A stretch of DNA of 64,000 nt from Peribolospora baueri (lineage: Eukaryota). Both the position numbers and the translations under genes were made by a program. The notes beneath the pieces are model-generated. The model saw only the letters and a program-made list of their open reading frames with translations. It searched no databases and had not been told where the DNA came from. The stretch spans positions 1-64,000 of the forward strand of contig JAMDHS010000028.1 in NCBI GenBank assembly GCA_029717555.1, written 5' to 3'. Positions 11,389 to 25,304 of this stretch are shown here, in pieces; the stretch's first letter is position 1; every line of letters starts with the position of its first letter.

Positions 11389-12473
11389 GGCGGAGTTGTG
11401 GGAGAGGGGGGGGGGGGTCGGCAAAGGAGGGAGGGCGGAAGCGGGGAGGGGAAGCGGGAAGGGAGGGTGACAAGAGAGGGCGGTGATGATGGCAAGGGTG
11501 AGAGGGAGAGGGCGACGAAAATGGTGTTGGTTTTGTGCCCGTCCGAAACGTCGTCGGCCAACAAGACGCCGCCCGAATTGTGTTCCTGTGTTTCTTTCTG
11601 TGTTTCTGTGTTTTCTGTCTGTATCTGTCTGTCTATGTCTGTCTGCTTATCAGCTCTGGACCGTCGCACACAAGTTTTTGGACCGGCCGTCCGACTTTAC
11701 TTGGCTGCGCCGATTTGCATTTAGCATCCCTCCTCCAACGCCTCCATGCCCTGCCCACCCCACCTGTGCCTACCTTATCTCTCCCCTCGCTCCTCGCGCC
11801 ACCAACCCAGTTACGATTACGTCGATGGGGGAGTGGGGAGGGGGGATGCGTCCAAAGCGATAACGAAACGACCATGTGCCAAGAAGAGAGGTCGAGCGCC
11901 GTCCCAACCACGCACACCCACCCACCCACCCTGGCCTGCTTGGCCTTGGCGCGCCCCGCCCGGCCCACATCAACCTGTTCACGCGACCTTCTCTTTTTTT
12001 TTTTTCTTTCCCTTCCTTCTGCTTCCGAGCCTCGACCTGCATTTGCCGCCGGCCCGGGCCGTCCGTCTTGCTCTGGCCACGCGACCCGACCGACCGACCG
12101 CTCGCTTCTCCGTGCCTGTCCATCCCCTCCGTCCGATCAGCTGCTTGCTGGTTGCGTGGCGATGTATGTCCACACGGTGACCTAATCTACGTAAGCTCGC
12201 AATGAACCAAACGAAACGCCGCCCGTCACGTGAGCGCTGCCACCGACGCGACAGGACAACCCCCAAGCTTGCCTGCCGTGCACTGACTGACGCAAGGCTC
12301 AACACCGCGACAGGGTTGGTGCCAGTCGACGGACTTCCCGAGTCGCACTCTCGAGTTACGATTACGACGTCCTTCGTACCGAAGGACCGGCCGGTGATGA
12401 TCATCTGGAGTACATACGGGACGCTCTCCCACCCTCCCCCATCGGGAACGACCGACGTCGGCGCACCTCGCCC

Positions 12474-14815
12474 TCAAATGCCCTCCTGCACCTGCATCTC
12501 ATCGGCCTGGTCAAGCCTCGCATCCTCGCTCCTCACCGAGCCTGGCCTTGCGCTCTCCAGCATGCTCCCGATCGCGCGTCTGGCATCCACGTCGCCCGCC
12601 TCAGCAGCCGCCTCCAGCCTGTCGAGCCAGAAAGACCCGAACGACGATTCCAGGCTCGCTCGGGCATCCGTGTCCAGTGGCACCGCCAAGCGCTCGCCGT
12701 CGGCTTCCGAGAGCGAGGCAAGGCCGAGCTGCGTAGTGTACGGCAAGCGATGGCGGAGAGTAGCGTCAAGGGATGACCAGGCATAAACGCCAGCAGGCCA
12801 CGCTGCACACTCACCTTGACCTCCTCGACCATTTCTCCCAGGATGGCCTCTCTCGTCCTCCCCTCCACCGTCTCCGCCCACTCTTCCAACTTTCGCAGCG
12901 CGTCTCCAGAGAGCAGCATCCTCGCGCCACCCTCCCTGCCCAACTTCCTCAGTCCAATGACCGCACCAAGCCTCGTCCCCGCCGTCGCCGTCCCGGCCGG
13001 CTTTCCTTGCACCTCAGTCGCAGGTCCGCCGTCGCGGAGGGCTTTGAGCAACGTCCGCGTGACACGCGGTCGCAGGCTCGGGTACGCAGAAGAAAAGGCC
13101 GAGAGGACGTGGGAGACGAGAGAGGCGGCATGGATGCGTAGCGAGGTAGGCGTGGGTGCTGAGGGCGGATAAGAGGTCGGAGGGACGGAAGGGCCAAGGG
13201 TGGACGTGAGGAGGACGGTGAGCAAGGCGGGCATGAGTTGATGCAACTGCAAGTGATCATCGGGGGTAGGGAGAGAGAAAACCAAGAGTACATGAGCACC
13301 GCTGAAGCTCCGGTGGCCCAATGGCCAAGGTGTAAGAACGACACGCACATAGGGCTCGACAAACAGATGGGGATTGTCCAGGAGAGCGTGAATGGCAGAC
13401 AAGGCCGCCTCCAATGTGTTCAGGTCGTGCAAAGAACCTCTGACCTGGTTCAACAAAGGAACGAAGGGGTCTGTCAACAGACCGTCCAATGCCGCAAACA
13501 CGATGCCCAACCCAGACAAGGACACACCGAGCACTCACTTTTTCTCCGCACCACTGCACGAGGTACGGCACGAGCTGATGCAAGCCGGGATCGCCGCGCA
13601 AGCTCGCCAACGCCGCCTCGCGCACCCTATCCCGGCCGGGCTCCCGGCTCACGTCCGCTCCGTCGACCTCCATCTCGTTCTCCCCTTCCGCCCTCTCCTC
13701 TTCCACAACGGCTGACGGTGGCGCCAAGATGCTGAACGTGAGCCTTTCAAAGTAGAGCTGCAGTTCTCGCGAGAGAACATGCTTGACCAGCGGTCGTACG
13801 GATACGCCCCCCCCTGACGCTGCAGAAGATGCTGTGCCCTCTGTGGACGGCCGTGTCGGGCCAGAAAACTGTCTTCGAGAGGAGGCGGGAGCGGGTGAAG
13901 GGTTCTGGGGTATGGCGGGTTGGATGCCCTCGAGAGCGAGCCAGTGTGCTGGTTGGGGGTGGTGGACGGTGGAAGGAAAGTCAGTCCAATGGAAACCTCA
14001 ACTAGGAAGCCGATTAGCTCACCACTCCAGCTAACGCCAGCTTTGGGTCCCTCAACGGACGTCTTTGGGCCGGCATCCAATACTTTGTCGAAATCGATTT
14101 CTTCGTCCTCCACGTAGTGAATCGGCGCGGCGCCGGCCGTGGAAGAGGGAGCTTTTCGGAAAGTGGGGTTCACGGATGACTTGGAGGAGTGAGGGTGGAA
14201 GCCATAGAGCGGCTTGTGAAAGAAAAGAGGACGTGTCAGCTGTGTCGAGTCGAGTTAAAAATGACCGCGTGGGGCGGGCCGGACCATGCAAGCTCACCTC
14301 CACGTTGCGTACGCGGAGAGCGAGGTCAATGTCCTCGGTTGTCAGCTTGGTCCTTCGGGCGTGCCGCATGAACTTGATCGCTTCCTACAAGATTGGAGAA
14401 AGGAAGCGAGGGAACGACAGGGAAAAAGGAAAAGAACGGTAATCCGTGTCAGGATGAACAGATATCGCCCGCGTTGTATTTCCGGCCCTCGATCTTCTGG
14501 CATTGGTCCACCCATCACATTCCTCCACCCCTCCAGTCCTCCATCCATGATACCATCCGCCCGAGCCCAACAGAGCAGAACCGAAACAACGAATACGCAA
14601 CTCACCTCTGCAATCTCATGCAATCGATACTCGACATCCGTCGCCAGAGCTGCCGCCACGTCCTCCCCAAGGTTGGTGATGCCTACCTGGTCGGCGACGT
14701 CCTTGATAGAGTCACGCGGGTAGACGGACGAGGGGAAAGCAGCCGCGGCGGCGAGCGAGGCGGCCGACGGGCCTGCGCCAGCGCTCACGCTCGTCGATGA
14801 CTTGGAGGGCGCCAT
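12474..14815 (-). CDS. TAF6: TFIID/SAGA subunit 6
   Basis: Histone fold (SIKDVADQVGI...DVEYRLHEIA...RHARRTKLTTEDIDLALRVRNVE|PLYG), HWLALEGIQPAIPQNP, LVKHVLSRELQLYF and DPGLHQLVPYL, followed by a HEAT-like C-terminal region. Confidence 0.94.
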
Positions 14816-15078
14816 GAGCGGATGCGGGCGGAGAGGCTGGCGGACGGACGGTCGCGACCTAGCTGGTCGTTGGAAGAATGGAAGTTAGGGGAGGTTGTTG
14901 GCCCGAGCTCGTCGTGGAAGCAGACTAGGGTTGGCTGGATTTGATTTCACTGGCATTTCAAACCTGCGTTAACCGACACTACAAACCCGCGTTGCGATCG
15001 ATCGACTCGGAAGATGTCAGCTTATCCGTCTTCTCATTGTCGACGTCGACGAGGCACGGACGGACGTTGGCCTGTACG

Positions 15079-16347
15079 ATGTCCTCCTCACCCTCCTCCT
15101 CCTCGCCCAGCTCTAGACAAGCGGGCGGGGATGCACCCCCACAGACCTCCTCCCGTCAAGCGCTGCTCGTGCGTACCTTGGCCTAGCGCACCGAGCCGAC
15201 TCGCTGGCTCGTGCGACGCCGATTAAAGACGCTGCCGCCGCTCACTCTCATCACCTTCTCGCACCCCAGTCAGGCGCGGTGGCCGGCGTGATAGTGGACT
15301 TCACCCTCTACCCGTTCGACACCATCAAGACCCGCTTGCAGTCCAAACAGGGCTTCTGGGCCGCTGGAGGGTTCAAGGGCATCTACCGAGGCGTCGGCAG
15401 CGTTGGCGTCGGAAGCGCCCCCGGCGGTGAGCGCTCTCGCTCTCGGCTCCAGGACCGCGTTCAGCGGCGCTACGGACGACCCGGCCGGCGATTCACTTCA
15501 CCCACTCTTGCCTTTCCCCACCCCTTCACCCCACAGCCGCCTTCTTTTTCGTTTCGTATGAATTCCTCAAATCCCGTCTCCCACAGATCTGCCGGCCCCT
15601 TACCGACCCCTCCAAAACGCCGATCCTCCACATGGTCTCCGCATCCGGCGCCGAGGTGGTGTCGTGCCTCATTCGTGTGCCCACAGAGGTGGTCAAGAGC
15701 CGGCAGCAGACGTCGAGCTATGGCGCCGATACGACGACCGCCAGGGCTTTCGTCACCGTGCTGAAGGAGGAAGGTCCGAGGGGGCTGTACAAGGGCTTCG
15801 GAAGCACCATCGCGAGGGAGGTGAGTGGAGAGTTCGTGAAAGTTTTGCTACGGACGTCAAGGAAAACGCGAGTGCGGTCAAGGCGAGCCTTCTGTTTTTA
15901 TTTTTCTTCCGCACATCTCTTCGCCTCGCCCAGATCCCGTTTACCTGTCTTCAGTTCCCCTTGTACGAGAACCTCAAGCTCCGTCTGGCGCGACGACGCG
16001 GCCTGCGCTCCACGGGCGAGCTCGCGCCGTGGGAATCGGGCCTGTGCGGCTCGGTCGCGGGAGGGGTGGCGGCGGCGACGACGACGCCGCTGGACGTCGT
16101 CAAGACGCGCATCATGCTTGAGAAGCATGTCCCCGACCACAACGGTACGTCGGGTCCGGCCGAAGCGATGACGAAGCCCCGTGCTTCGCGCATGGTCACC
16201 ATGCTCATCCAAATCTACCGCGAGGAGGGAGCTAAGGCGCTCTTCAGGGGCGTCGTTCCGAGGGTATCCGCCATCAGCTTGGGAGGCGCGGTTTTCTTGG
16301 GAGCGTACGAGGCGGCGAAAAAGGCGTTACAGGGCATGGGCATATAA
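15079..16347 (+). CDS. PET8: Mitochondrial carrier, S-adenosylmethionine carrier (PET8/SLC25A26-like)
   Basis: Three carrier signatures ([30 protein letters not shown]) plus SAM-carrier-like segments GSAPG and [15 protein letters not shown]. Confidence 0.88.
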
Positions 16348-16922
16348 TCTCTTGTCCATCTCATAGACCTTGGCGTCGCTCGCAGGATAGACATCGCACA
16401 TTGGCACTGGCGGAGAATCGAGATGGTTCTCATAGGAAACTTGAGCACAGGACAGAGCATAACATGAAAGTATCTTCAAACGAATCACTCCATGGCGAAC
16501 GGGGGAAGGTACAGACAAGTCAAAACCGTATATACCCGACTCGGAGTGAAGCTTCCCTTCGATCGAGCGACACGGGACAAAGATAACAGTGGCAAAAGAC
16601 GAGAATGAGAAGAGAGAGGGGCTGGGGACAGAAGGGAAAAGGAGGGCTATCTAATTGTACACTCGAGGGCGACGAAGTCCGTTGCGTCGCATCAGTGATG
16701 GAAGCGGAAGGGAGAGAAGGACAACAACGAGGCGAAAGCAAAAAGGCGAAGGAGCACGTGACATGTCACGCACCAACGAGAGACCGGTCAGGCGGAAAAA
16801 AAGACGCAGGAAGGCGAAGCACAGATGGAAGGATGCACGCGAGCGAGCACAAAGATCGACTGGGTATGCAACCAAAGATATCCTTAAAAAAATGCCACAC
16901 GCGGCATCAGAAAGCGTCGGTG

Positions 16923-19900
16923 TCAAAAGTCCAGGCCAAAGGGGTTTTTGGAGAACCGGGGTAGGAAAGCGGCAAAATCATCGAGGGAGAGCACGGAAGA
17001 GGAGAAGGTTAGAACGGAGAGGGCGATGACGAGCATCGGGATCCTATTTCGAACAGGGTGGGACGGAAGCAAGAAAGATGGTCAGTGAGGTCGTCGTCAT
17101 ATGGATCCCTTTGCAATGAATCAGCTCAGGAAGCGCCAAACTAAACCCACCAGAAGAAGCACAGCATGCGATCGTTCTGCATCCTCCTCGCCCTGTCTTG
17201 ATGCACGGGATGGTACGCGCAGTTCACCATCGCCTCGTCCAACTGCCCCGGGGACGGCTCGTAGCCGAGCCGTCGCGCCAGCTTTGCCCGCACGACAGCC
17301 CTGCTCGGCATCTGACTCGGGTGGGAAAGCTGTGTGGAGGGACCGGCGGCGGACGAGCCGGACAAAGAAGAGCCCTCATATACAGAACCCGTCCGCTCTC
17401 CGTCCGTTTCATCCTCGTCGAAGGAGAACATGGGCACGCTCTGCCTCTCACCCTGCCTGTCTCTCTCCGAGCTCTCTTCCGGTTCCTCTTCTTCCTTCGC
17501 CTTCTGCTTCGCTGCCGCCCGCTCCGATTTGCGTGCCATCGGGCTCCACCAGCCACCGGTAGTGGCGCCGGAGTACAAGTTCATCCAAGCAGCCAACTTG
17601 CTCCACTCGCCGTCGGACCAGCCTGACTCTTCTTCTGCTTTGACGTCGGCCGGAGCTTTCTTTCGCTTTTTCGCGTCGCCCGGCGCTTGAGGACCGAATG
17701 GTCCACGAGGCATAAAGAAGCTGGGCGTCCCGACCTGGAAGACGACGGGAAGGTCTGCGAGTGCGGGCATGGTGGGGCGAGGGAAATTGATGCTCGTCTG
17801 TCGGACCTTGTCCCAGCTGAGGGCCCCAATGCCGGACATCTTCTCGTAGGGGAAGCCAACGCCGCTCGACATTGATTTAAGATCTCTGGCCTTGGCGCTC
17901 ATCCTTGGCGAGCCGATAGACGAGAGCGTCTTGGACACCCAGGACATATGCGCAGGAGGCTCCTCGACCACGGCCAGACCGTCCGCAGAGTCGTCTGTCA
18001 CCGCCACAGCATCCAAAACCGTCTCGTCGTCGCTTCGCACGCCACTGGAAGGCTCGGCGTCGACCTCTTCCACCGAGTCGGAGAACACCTCTCCGGCTTC
18101 CTCCTCTTCACTCTCGTCCGCTCCCATCTCTCCGGCCACTGCTTCGACCTCTTCCTCCTTCTCGTCAGACGACGAGAAGGCGACGCTAGCGCCCTCGCTC
18201 TCCTCGGAGCTCGGATTCTCGCCATCGATGCCGTCGTCGAGATCACCGCTCTCCTCGCTGGACAGACTGAGGCCACTGATCCCGGAGTCAGCCTGTATGC
18301 CCGCCCGCACCGTCGCCCTGCCGAAGGGAGTATTGGCCAGCAACATGGCCACGTCCACCTGATCCCTTGCCCTTGCGATCTCCAGTGGCGTCGCACCAGC
18401 CGTAGTGCGGGCGGCGTCGTTCGCACCCACTTGAAGGAGCAGGCGGGTGATGGTGACGCGGCCGAGGAGGGCGGCAAAGTGGAGAGCGGTGAAACCGGAT
18501 CGGTCGCGCACGTCGGGAGACGCGCCGCGGGCGAGCAAAGAGGCGACAAGGAGGTGGAAGCCGAGCATGGTAGCGAGGTGAAGGAGCGTATGGCCCTGCT
18601 TGTTGGTCAGACGAAGAATGTCGCGCTGGCTGGGCCTTGAACGACCAACGGCAGAAGGCAGGTCGACGTCCAGGAGCGAGAGGAAACGGATGACGATGGT
18701 CTGGAAGCTGGACGTGCTGCCAGACCCGAGTCCGGCAGCGAGCAAGCCCGCGACAGAGTCTCTCGCTCCAGAAGCCGACGACGACGCGGCCTCGTCAGAA
18801 CCGTCAGCGCGCCGCTGACTTCCAGCAACGGATGCGCCAAACGTGGCCCCTCCTCCTCCTTCTCCTCCACCGCCGGCATTGCTACCGCTGCCAGCCCTAT
18901 CGCTCCCGACGATGCGCATCGCGACGTTTTTCGCGTCTTGAATACGTCCGGTCATCTGCATGCCGACCACCTGCAGCGCGAGCTCCATGAGCGCGCGATC
19001 GGCGTTGTCGAGGTACGTGAACAGCTGCACCGTGCTACCGTCCCTGCGAGTATTGGGCGCGGCGTTGGCGGCGTCAACAGCGGTACCTCGGAGGCTAACG
19101 ACGACGGGACCGGGACTCGGGCTGGGCGGCAAGACGCAGACGAGGGTGTTGGAACCCCAAAGCTGCGTCGGCACAGCAAGCGCATCGCCGAAGACGACGG
19201 TGAGGCCATCGACGAAATGCTCGCCTAGCACGGTCACCTCGATACCTCCGCCCGTGGGGCCTTCGCCAGGGATAAGCCTGTTGATCTTGGGCATCGGAGG
19301 TATCTCGGACGCACCGGCGCCGGTGGACGTGGAAGCGGACATCATAGAGTCAGCAGACGATGGAGGCGGGACAATCTCGAGATTCGAAGCGTCGCCCGCG
19401 CCCATCAGCGAAGACCAATCGAAGCCTCCGAATGCGCTGGGGGTGGTGGAATCGGCAGTGGCTGATCCGAAAGCGTGTGTCGGAGGAGGCAGGCCGACAG
19501 ACGGAGGGGGAGAGACGCCACGGAGGAAATTGGCCAACGCGTCCGCGTCTGCCGAGCCGAAGGAGAGCGGAGCCTGCGTGAGCCGACCGGGGCTGACGGA
19601 GGTGGTGGACGAGACAGGGGGAAGTATTGATGGCGAAGACATGGAGCCAGGCGGAGCGAGTCCGCCCATGTCAACGTCATCCATTGACGGAATGAAGAGG
19701 GCGGATGGCGAATCGGCAGCGGAAGAGACAGAGGCGCCTCCGATGCCAAGCATCTGACCCAGTCCAGAGACGGATAAGAAGCCCAGGCTGGGCGCGGGAC
19801 CGCCCCTACTGACGGGGACACCCAGAGCGGAGGTCGGAGCAGACGCCGAGGAGGAGGACGTATTGACGGTGGACGAAGACGGCGAGCTCTGAGCCTGTGA

Positions 19901-22588
19901 GGAAGGCTGGGTTTGAAAGGGGGTCATGAGGAGAAGTCCGGAAGACCCCTTCTTCTTCTTATACTCCCTGTCCGCCGCCGAATAAGGCTTGCCCCGCTCT
20001 TTCTTCCATCCTGTGCCCGGCGCAGACGAACCCATCGTGGCGGTCTTCGCCTGCTCCTCCCCCGAGACGGCCCTGTCGATGGACGTGCTCCGCGACCGTC
20101 TGCCATCCACCCGTCGAACGGAATGACTCTGCGCAACAGGGGACTTGGCCGTCGAGGAGCCACCCGATTGAGCAGCAGCCGCAGCAGCAGCGACGGAGGC
20201 CTGGGTGGACTTGTGGTCGTCCGTTATCATGATAGGCGGAGTCGAGCCAGTGGCGACCAGTTGGCCTTGCCAGTCTCGCATAGTGAAGATGATGCTGCGG
20301 AGGGAGTGCCAAGACGGGGAAATGGAGATAATGCGGAATCGCACGTTGCACACGTTCATGCGCGGATGTCAGTTATCGTCAAAAGACCCAGCAGAAAGAA
20401 CCAGTCTTTTCACATGATTCTGCCGATCCGATCGATCACACTCCCTTCCACGCGCTACAAGCACGCGCATCCTCACTAGCCGGATCCTCGGGGTCCCGGA
20501 CTAACCGTTGGACTGGTCGGCCACTCTGGGTCTACCCCGTCCTTCCCATCGCACCGAAAAAGACAGGGAAAGAAAAGACATCAAAGCTCACCAAAAGCCC
20601 AACTTCTCCTTATGGTGCCGACAATAGCAAGTGATCCTAGTGGGCAATATGGCCTCTCCCTGATCGAAATCGACATAGTCGCCGCAGTTGAAGAGAACGA
20701 TGCGGTTGCGCTCGGCGTCCTCGATGGCCTCTTCCGTCGCTCCTTCAAGTCCCAGCCCGAAAAGCTCATTGCCGGTTGAGGCCGCTCCATGTCCCTCCTC
20801 GGACTTGGTCGGTCGGGCGCGAACGTCCTTCTTCCGCTGAGCACGCTTACGCTCGCGCTGTCGACAACCCGCGCAGGTGAAGACACGCGAGTGAGGCTCG
20901 GTGGCACAGACCACCGTCGCGTCCACGTAGAGCGTCTTTTCGGGCGGGACGTCTGTGAGTCATAGAGATGTCGATCGGAGGGAAGGGTGAGAATGGAGGT
21001 GACGACGTTGTCAGAAACTCGAGAACAAAGGGAGCCTCCCGACACGTCACCGAAGAGCGGCGGGCGGGAAGGGTGATAAACTGATAAGACGATGGCCCAA
21101 AGACTCACCGGTGCGAATATACTTCTTACTCTTCCTCTTCGTAGCCGTCATAGGCGGCAGCTTGAGGTGTGTCCAGCTGCCAATCCGTTCCCACAGCACT
21201 GCGGACGCGGCCTCGCTCTGATTCTGCTTCTGCTGCGCGGCGCCGAACCCATTCGCGCCGTGTCCACCTCTGCTCCCCCAAATCCGCCCGTTACCCAGGC
21301 CGCTCCCTTCTCCATCGCTCCCACTCTCGCTCTGTTTGATCCTAACTCCGTCCTCGAACATCGCAGAGTCACCATCGACAGCGGCGGAGGTCGTAGCGCC
21401 GTCATTCCTCCAACCACCTGTCGCTGAGCCCGCAGCGTCATTCGCAGTCGGTGCCGCCCCTGGAGAGGCGAAAGGCCTGACGAGTTCGATGCGCATCTTG
21501 ATCTGCGTCTCCACTCTGCTCTTTGCGCCGGTGACAGGCACGCCATGCACATGGATCTGCAGAGGCGGAACGGGAACGCCGCCATCCGGCGCGATCGTGC
21601 CTGCGACCAGCCCTGGACCTAGGCCGAGGCTTGACGGGGAGGGACGGACTATCCGGAAGGACGAGAGGCCTAATTCCGGCCCAGACGACGCCGCCGTCGC
21701 TGGTGCGGTCGCCGAGAAACCGGAAGCGTCGGAATGAACGAGCACGGAGGGGTGCCCGTTCGCCAGCTCGCCCCGCGAAACGGTGCCGCTGCCGCTGCCG
21801 CTGCCGCCACCGCCACCACCAATCTCGTGACCAGAGGCGCGTGGGCTGGACTGTAGGCTGGTATTTTCCGGCGTCATGTAAGGGCTCTTCGTGCTCGAAC
21901 GCGTGGCATCGTGCTTCATCGGCGAGGACGTGGATGAGGAGAAATTGGAGGTGTCGGGGCGCTGGTGCTGATCGTCCGGACCGGCAGAGGCGTCATCGAG
22001 AGAAGCAACGGAGATGTTGGAGAAGACTGAAGGTGGGAGGGAAGAAAGAGGCGGAGAGGTGGTGGCAGAGGGAGGACCGCAAGATCCTTCCTGTATGACG
22101 TCTTCAAAGAGCACGTCGCCGTCGATGTCTCCCCGTCGGGCGTCTCCACCTCGCAGCTTGGCCACGTCGGCCAAACCGTTTCGTTCCAATCCGCTCCAGA
22201 CGCCCTTTCCAAACCCATCACCATTCCAACCTTGGTTGGAGTCCGCAGACTGGCCTAGTCCATGTGCAGAGGCGGACAACGGATGCTCACCGCTGGCGCC
22301 GTTCATCATGTTTATGGACGAACCGAGCAAGGAGTCGCCGTCCTCGCTCGTCCTCCGCTTGATATGCACATTCGCAGTTCCCTGGGGACCTCCTCTAGCG
22401 CCGCCGCCGCCGTCGCCGCCACCACCACCGTGGAAAGAGAAGCCATCGTCGGCGAGGAGGCTGGTGGAAGGGCTCGAATGGTCGCTGCCGCTCGGACTAA
22501 GCGAAGAGTCGTCTGGTGAGCCGGCGTGAGTGGAATGGGGCAGTGGCATGGACATTGAGGGGCCGAGAGGGGAAATAGCGTCGATCAT
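16923..22588 (-). CDS. SPT23/MGA2-type membrane-tethered transcription factor (IPT/TIG domain, ankyrin repeats, C-terminal TM)
   Basis: Motifs GAKSRVETQIKM, CAGCRQRERKRAQRKK, RITCYCRHHKEKLGF, PPIMITDDHK, IPT domain (INRLIPGEGPTGGGIEVTVLG), ankyrin repeats (GHTLLHLA, GFTALHFAA) and terminal QNDRMLCFFW|IPMLVIALSVLTF. The start codon is uncertain. Confidence 0.92.
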
Positions 22589-25304
22589 GGAGGCTAAGGG
22601 TTAAGGAGGAGGAAGAGAGGGAAGAGGGCGAGCAAAGAGTCGAGTTGGCGGATGGGAAACTGTTCGTGGGGATGACGAGAAGGATGGAGTCTTCTCGTCG
22701 TCACTGCGAGTGAGAAATGAATGGGAAGATCGATAGGGTGGCCGACAAAACGCTTCGCGCTTCTCTTCTGGCGACTGGGGTTGAAAGAGGGCGAGTCGGC
22801 GAAAGGGGGTCCGGAATGGAGCAATTCGGCCGACGACGACGAAGACGACGACGAATGACAACGGCCGGCCTCGTCGATAAGCTCTGCGGCGCTCGGCCAG
22901 TCGAACTAGGCGTCGGGCGGAGCGTCGGAGACAAGTCGAGGGTGCGAGGTCCGTGCCTGCGATGAGGCAAAGACGTCGTCGTCTACAGCAGGCGTGCACG
23001 GGGCAGGCGGGCGGGTTTGGAGGGGGGGAGGGAGGAGAGATAAAATCGATGGCTGAGATATGACCTCACCGGGCGTGCGCGTGGAGAGTCCCACGCGGCC
23101 TGGGTGCAAGTGCAAGGTGTCGGCGCACCAGGGCTCGTCCGAAGGAAGGTCGCCGGCAGACACGTCGATTGGAGGTGGCTCGTCCGAGCACAGGAATGAG
23201 GAGGCGGTCCCCACGAAGATGAAAGAAGTAAAAGTAGAAAGGATGGCGGGGCAGCTGGAGGTGTCGGTCGATGCGAGAGGAGGAAAAGAAGGGTACCGTC
23301 TGTGGTGGAAGTGGACCGAAAGGATGTCTCGCCATCGCCTCGGCCGCCACGTGCAGGGACCGAGACGGGGCAACCAGGAGTAGGGTTATCTCCAAACGCC
23401 GAGAGTAGGGTTATTGGCTGGGGTCGCACCCGTCGTGTCATCATGACCAACCCCAGTTTTCGAGCCGTCGTCACGTGGAGTTACTTCGGAGCCAAACACA
23501 CGTCGTCGATGGACGGTCTCAGCGAACTTTCTGTCATATGCTACGATCAGAGTGGTGGCATTTTATTCGATATCCGGGGGCTACAGGCCGGTCACGAAGG
23601 GCCGATATTGGTTACACGGGATACGAATCGGATCGTGCCGAGAGGCGGTCGAGTCGACCGTGTGGGCGTGTGCTTCCCAGCTGCTAGGCCGCCCACCCGT
23701 CCTGCGTCAATGCTCATGTCGACGGGGAAAAGCAAGAGGGTAAGAACCGCACACCACCGCTGGTGAGGGAGCTCCTTCTCCTCGTCGCCACGTACGCAGT
23801 TGAGCTTGCCCACGTTGATCACCAGGCCCTCCCTCGTCCGAGGAGGAGGCCAAAAAAAAAAAAACGGAGCAAGAGTGTCCGCCGCCCTTGACCGCCAGGT
23901 CGAGCTTTTGGCTCGTCGCGAATTGAATATGTGGACGGTCAGCCGAGTAGGGGGACCGGCATGCGAGAGGTGAAGGGCGAGGTGGCCACGGTCAGCCAAT
24001 CCGCCTTTCCGTACCGAACCGATCCACGCCCCGCCTGCGACGCCGTACATCGCTCCAGTAGTCACCGCACTGGCCTCCTGAGCGATCTAGGGGAAAACGA
24101 CATATTTAGCCCTCTTGACAGCCCCATCCGACCACCCCTGGATGCCCTCTTCATATGCTTTGCCGCTCTCCGTAGCGGTGAGACTGAATGGGAAGTAGGG
24201 AAGCCAACGACGACCGGGACCGATAGCTCGTCGTCAGCCTTTATACCTTCTCCTAGATGGTCAGCGCTGCAACGTGGTGCGCTTAGAAGCGCCAGCTGGG
24301 ACCGAGGGCTGTACTCCGTGAATTCCTCTGCCAGTCAACCTTCCGGGCATGTCGATTCTGGTTGGAAACGAGACAAGCTTGGCAAAATGTGTCTTCGGCG
24401 TGTAGTCAGCGAGCGTCGGGAAGCGCAAGAGTGCTTCCTTCCCAAGCCTGCCTGTATCCCAACAGCTATCGTCTCGCCAGCGTGCGTGGGTTACATGGAA
24501 CCGCAACAGCCGGTAAGCGAATAAGTAGCATGCGTGCCATTTTGCTCGTGGTCGATCGTACTCGCTAGCACGTCGTACGAGTCGACCCGTCGGATTTCAG
24601 GATGTGTGCCGACCACGCGCTCTGGTTGCGCTCGAGACGATTCAGCGGTCACTTTGACAGCTGGTCGCGCTCCACTCGCTTGTCCTCGGCGCGCTAGAGA
24701 GAGGGCTTGTTTATATACACTTGGGGCAACCCTACTAACGAGCAGTGGCTATATACCTATATCGGGGCAAACCTACCAACGGCGTCTGCCTCGCACGTCC
24801 TGTGACCCGCATGTCTTGTGACACCAAGGCGGCTCGCGACCGCGGCGCCCCACCTCACGCGTACCGTGACAGAGAAAACGATGATGATGGGTCGACTTCC
24901 GTCTTCGCTCTTGGGGCGCACCGCCTTTTATAGACGAACGCGGCCGGCGAGGTGGGAAAAAAAACGGAAGAGAAGAAGGGGTGGGAATACGAAGATAAAA
25001 AGAAGGCACGGCACAATTCGGGACGGCGACGACCAGGGTGGGCGATTGCGGTTGCCCTCAGAATGATCCCACGCGCTCCTCCGTCGACGGGACGACGACA
25101 CGGCGCCCGCCACTGCTGTGACTCTTAACCCCGAGTCGAGCACAGTAGAGCACGCATGGTACTCCTTCGGCGGTACCCTTCGCAAAATATCCATTACCCT
25201 AAAATATTAACCCGGTAGAGACGAATGCGCAGAAGCGGACACGCTGAAAGCAAGGGGCGCTACGTAGGACGGGCGGGGGCCCTTCACAAGAGGTAGATGT
25301 GGAT

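Noticed and set aside
8464..11724. Long plus-strand ORFs (for example 8464-9288, 10353-11066, 10858-11724) and many similar ORFs across the window
   Set aside because: They are antisense or off-frame shadows of real GC-rich coding exons (here the CNT transporter) and carry no family motifs.
22589..25304. Possible gene in the 2.7-kb region upstream of SPT23/MGA2
   Set aside because: Only short ORFs without motifs or a coherent splice model are present. It is most likely the 5'UTR/promoter plus the 3' flank of the GPI-like gene.
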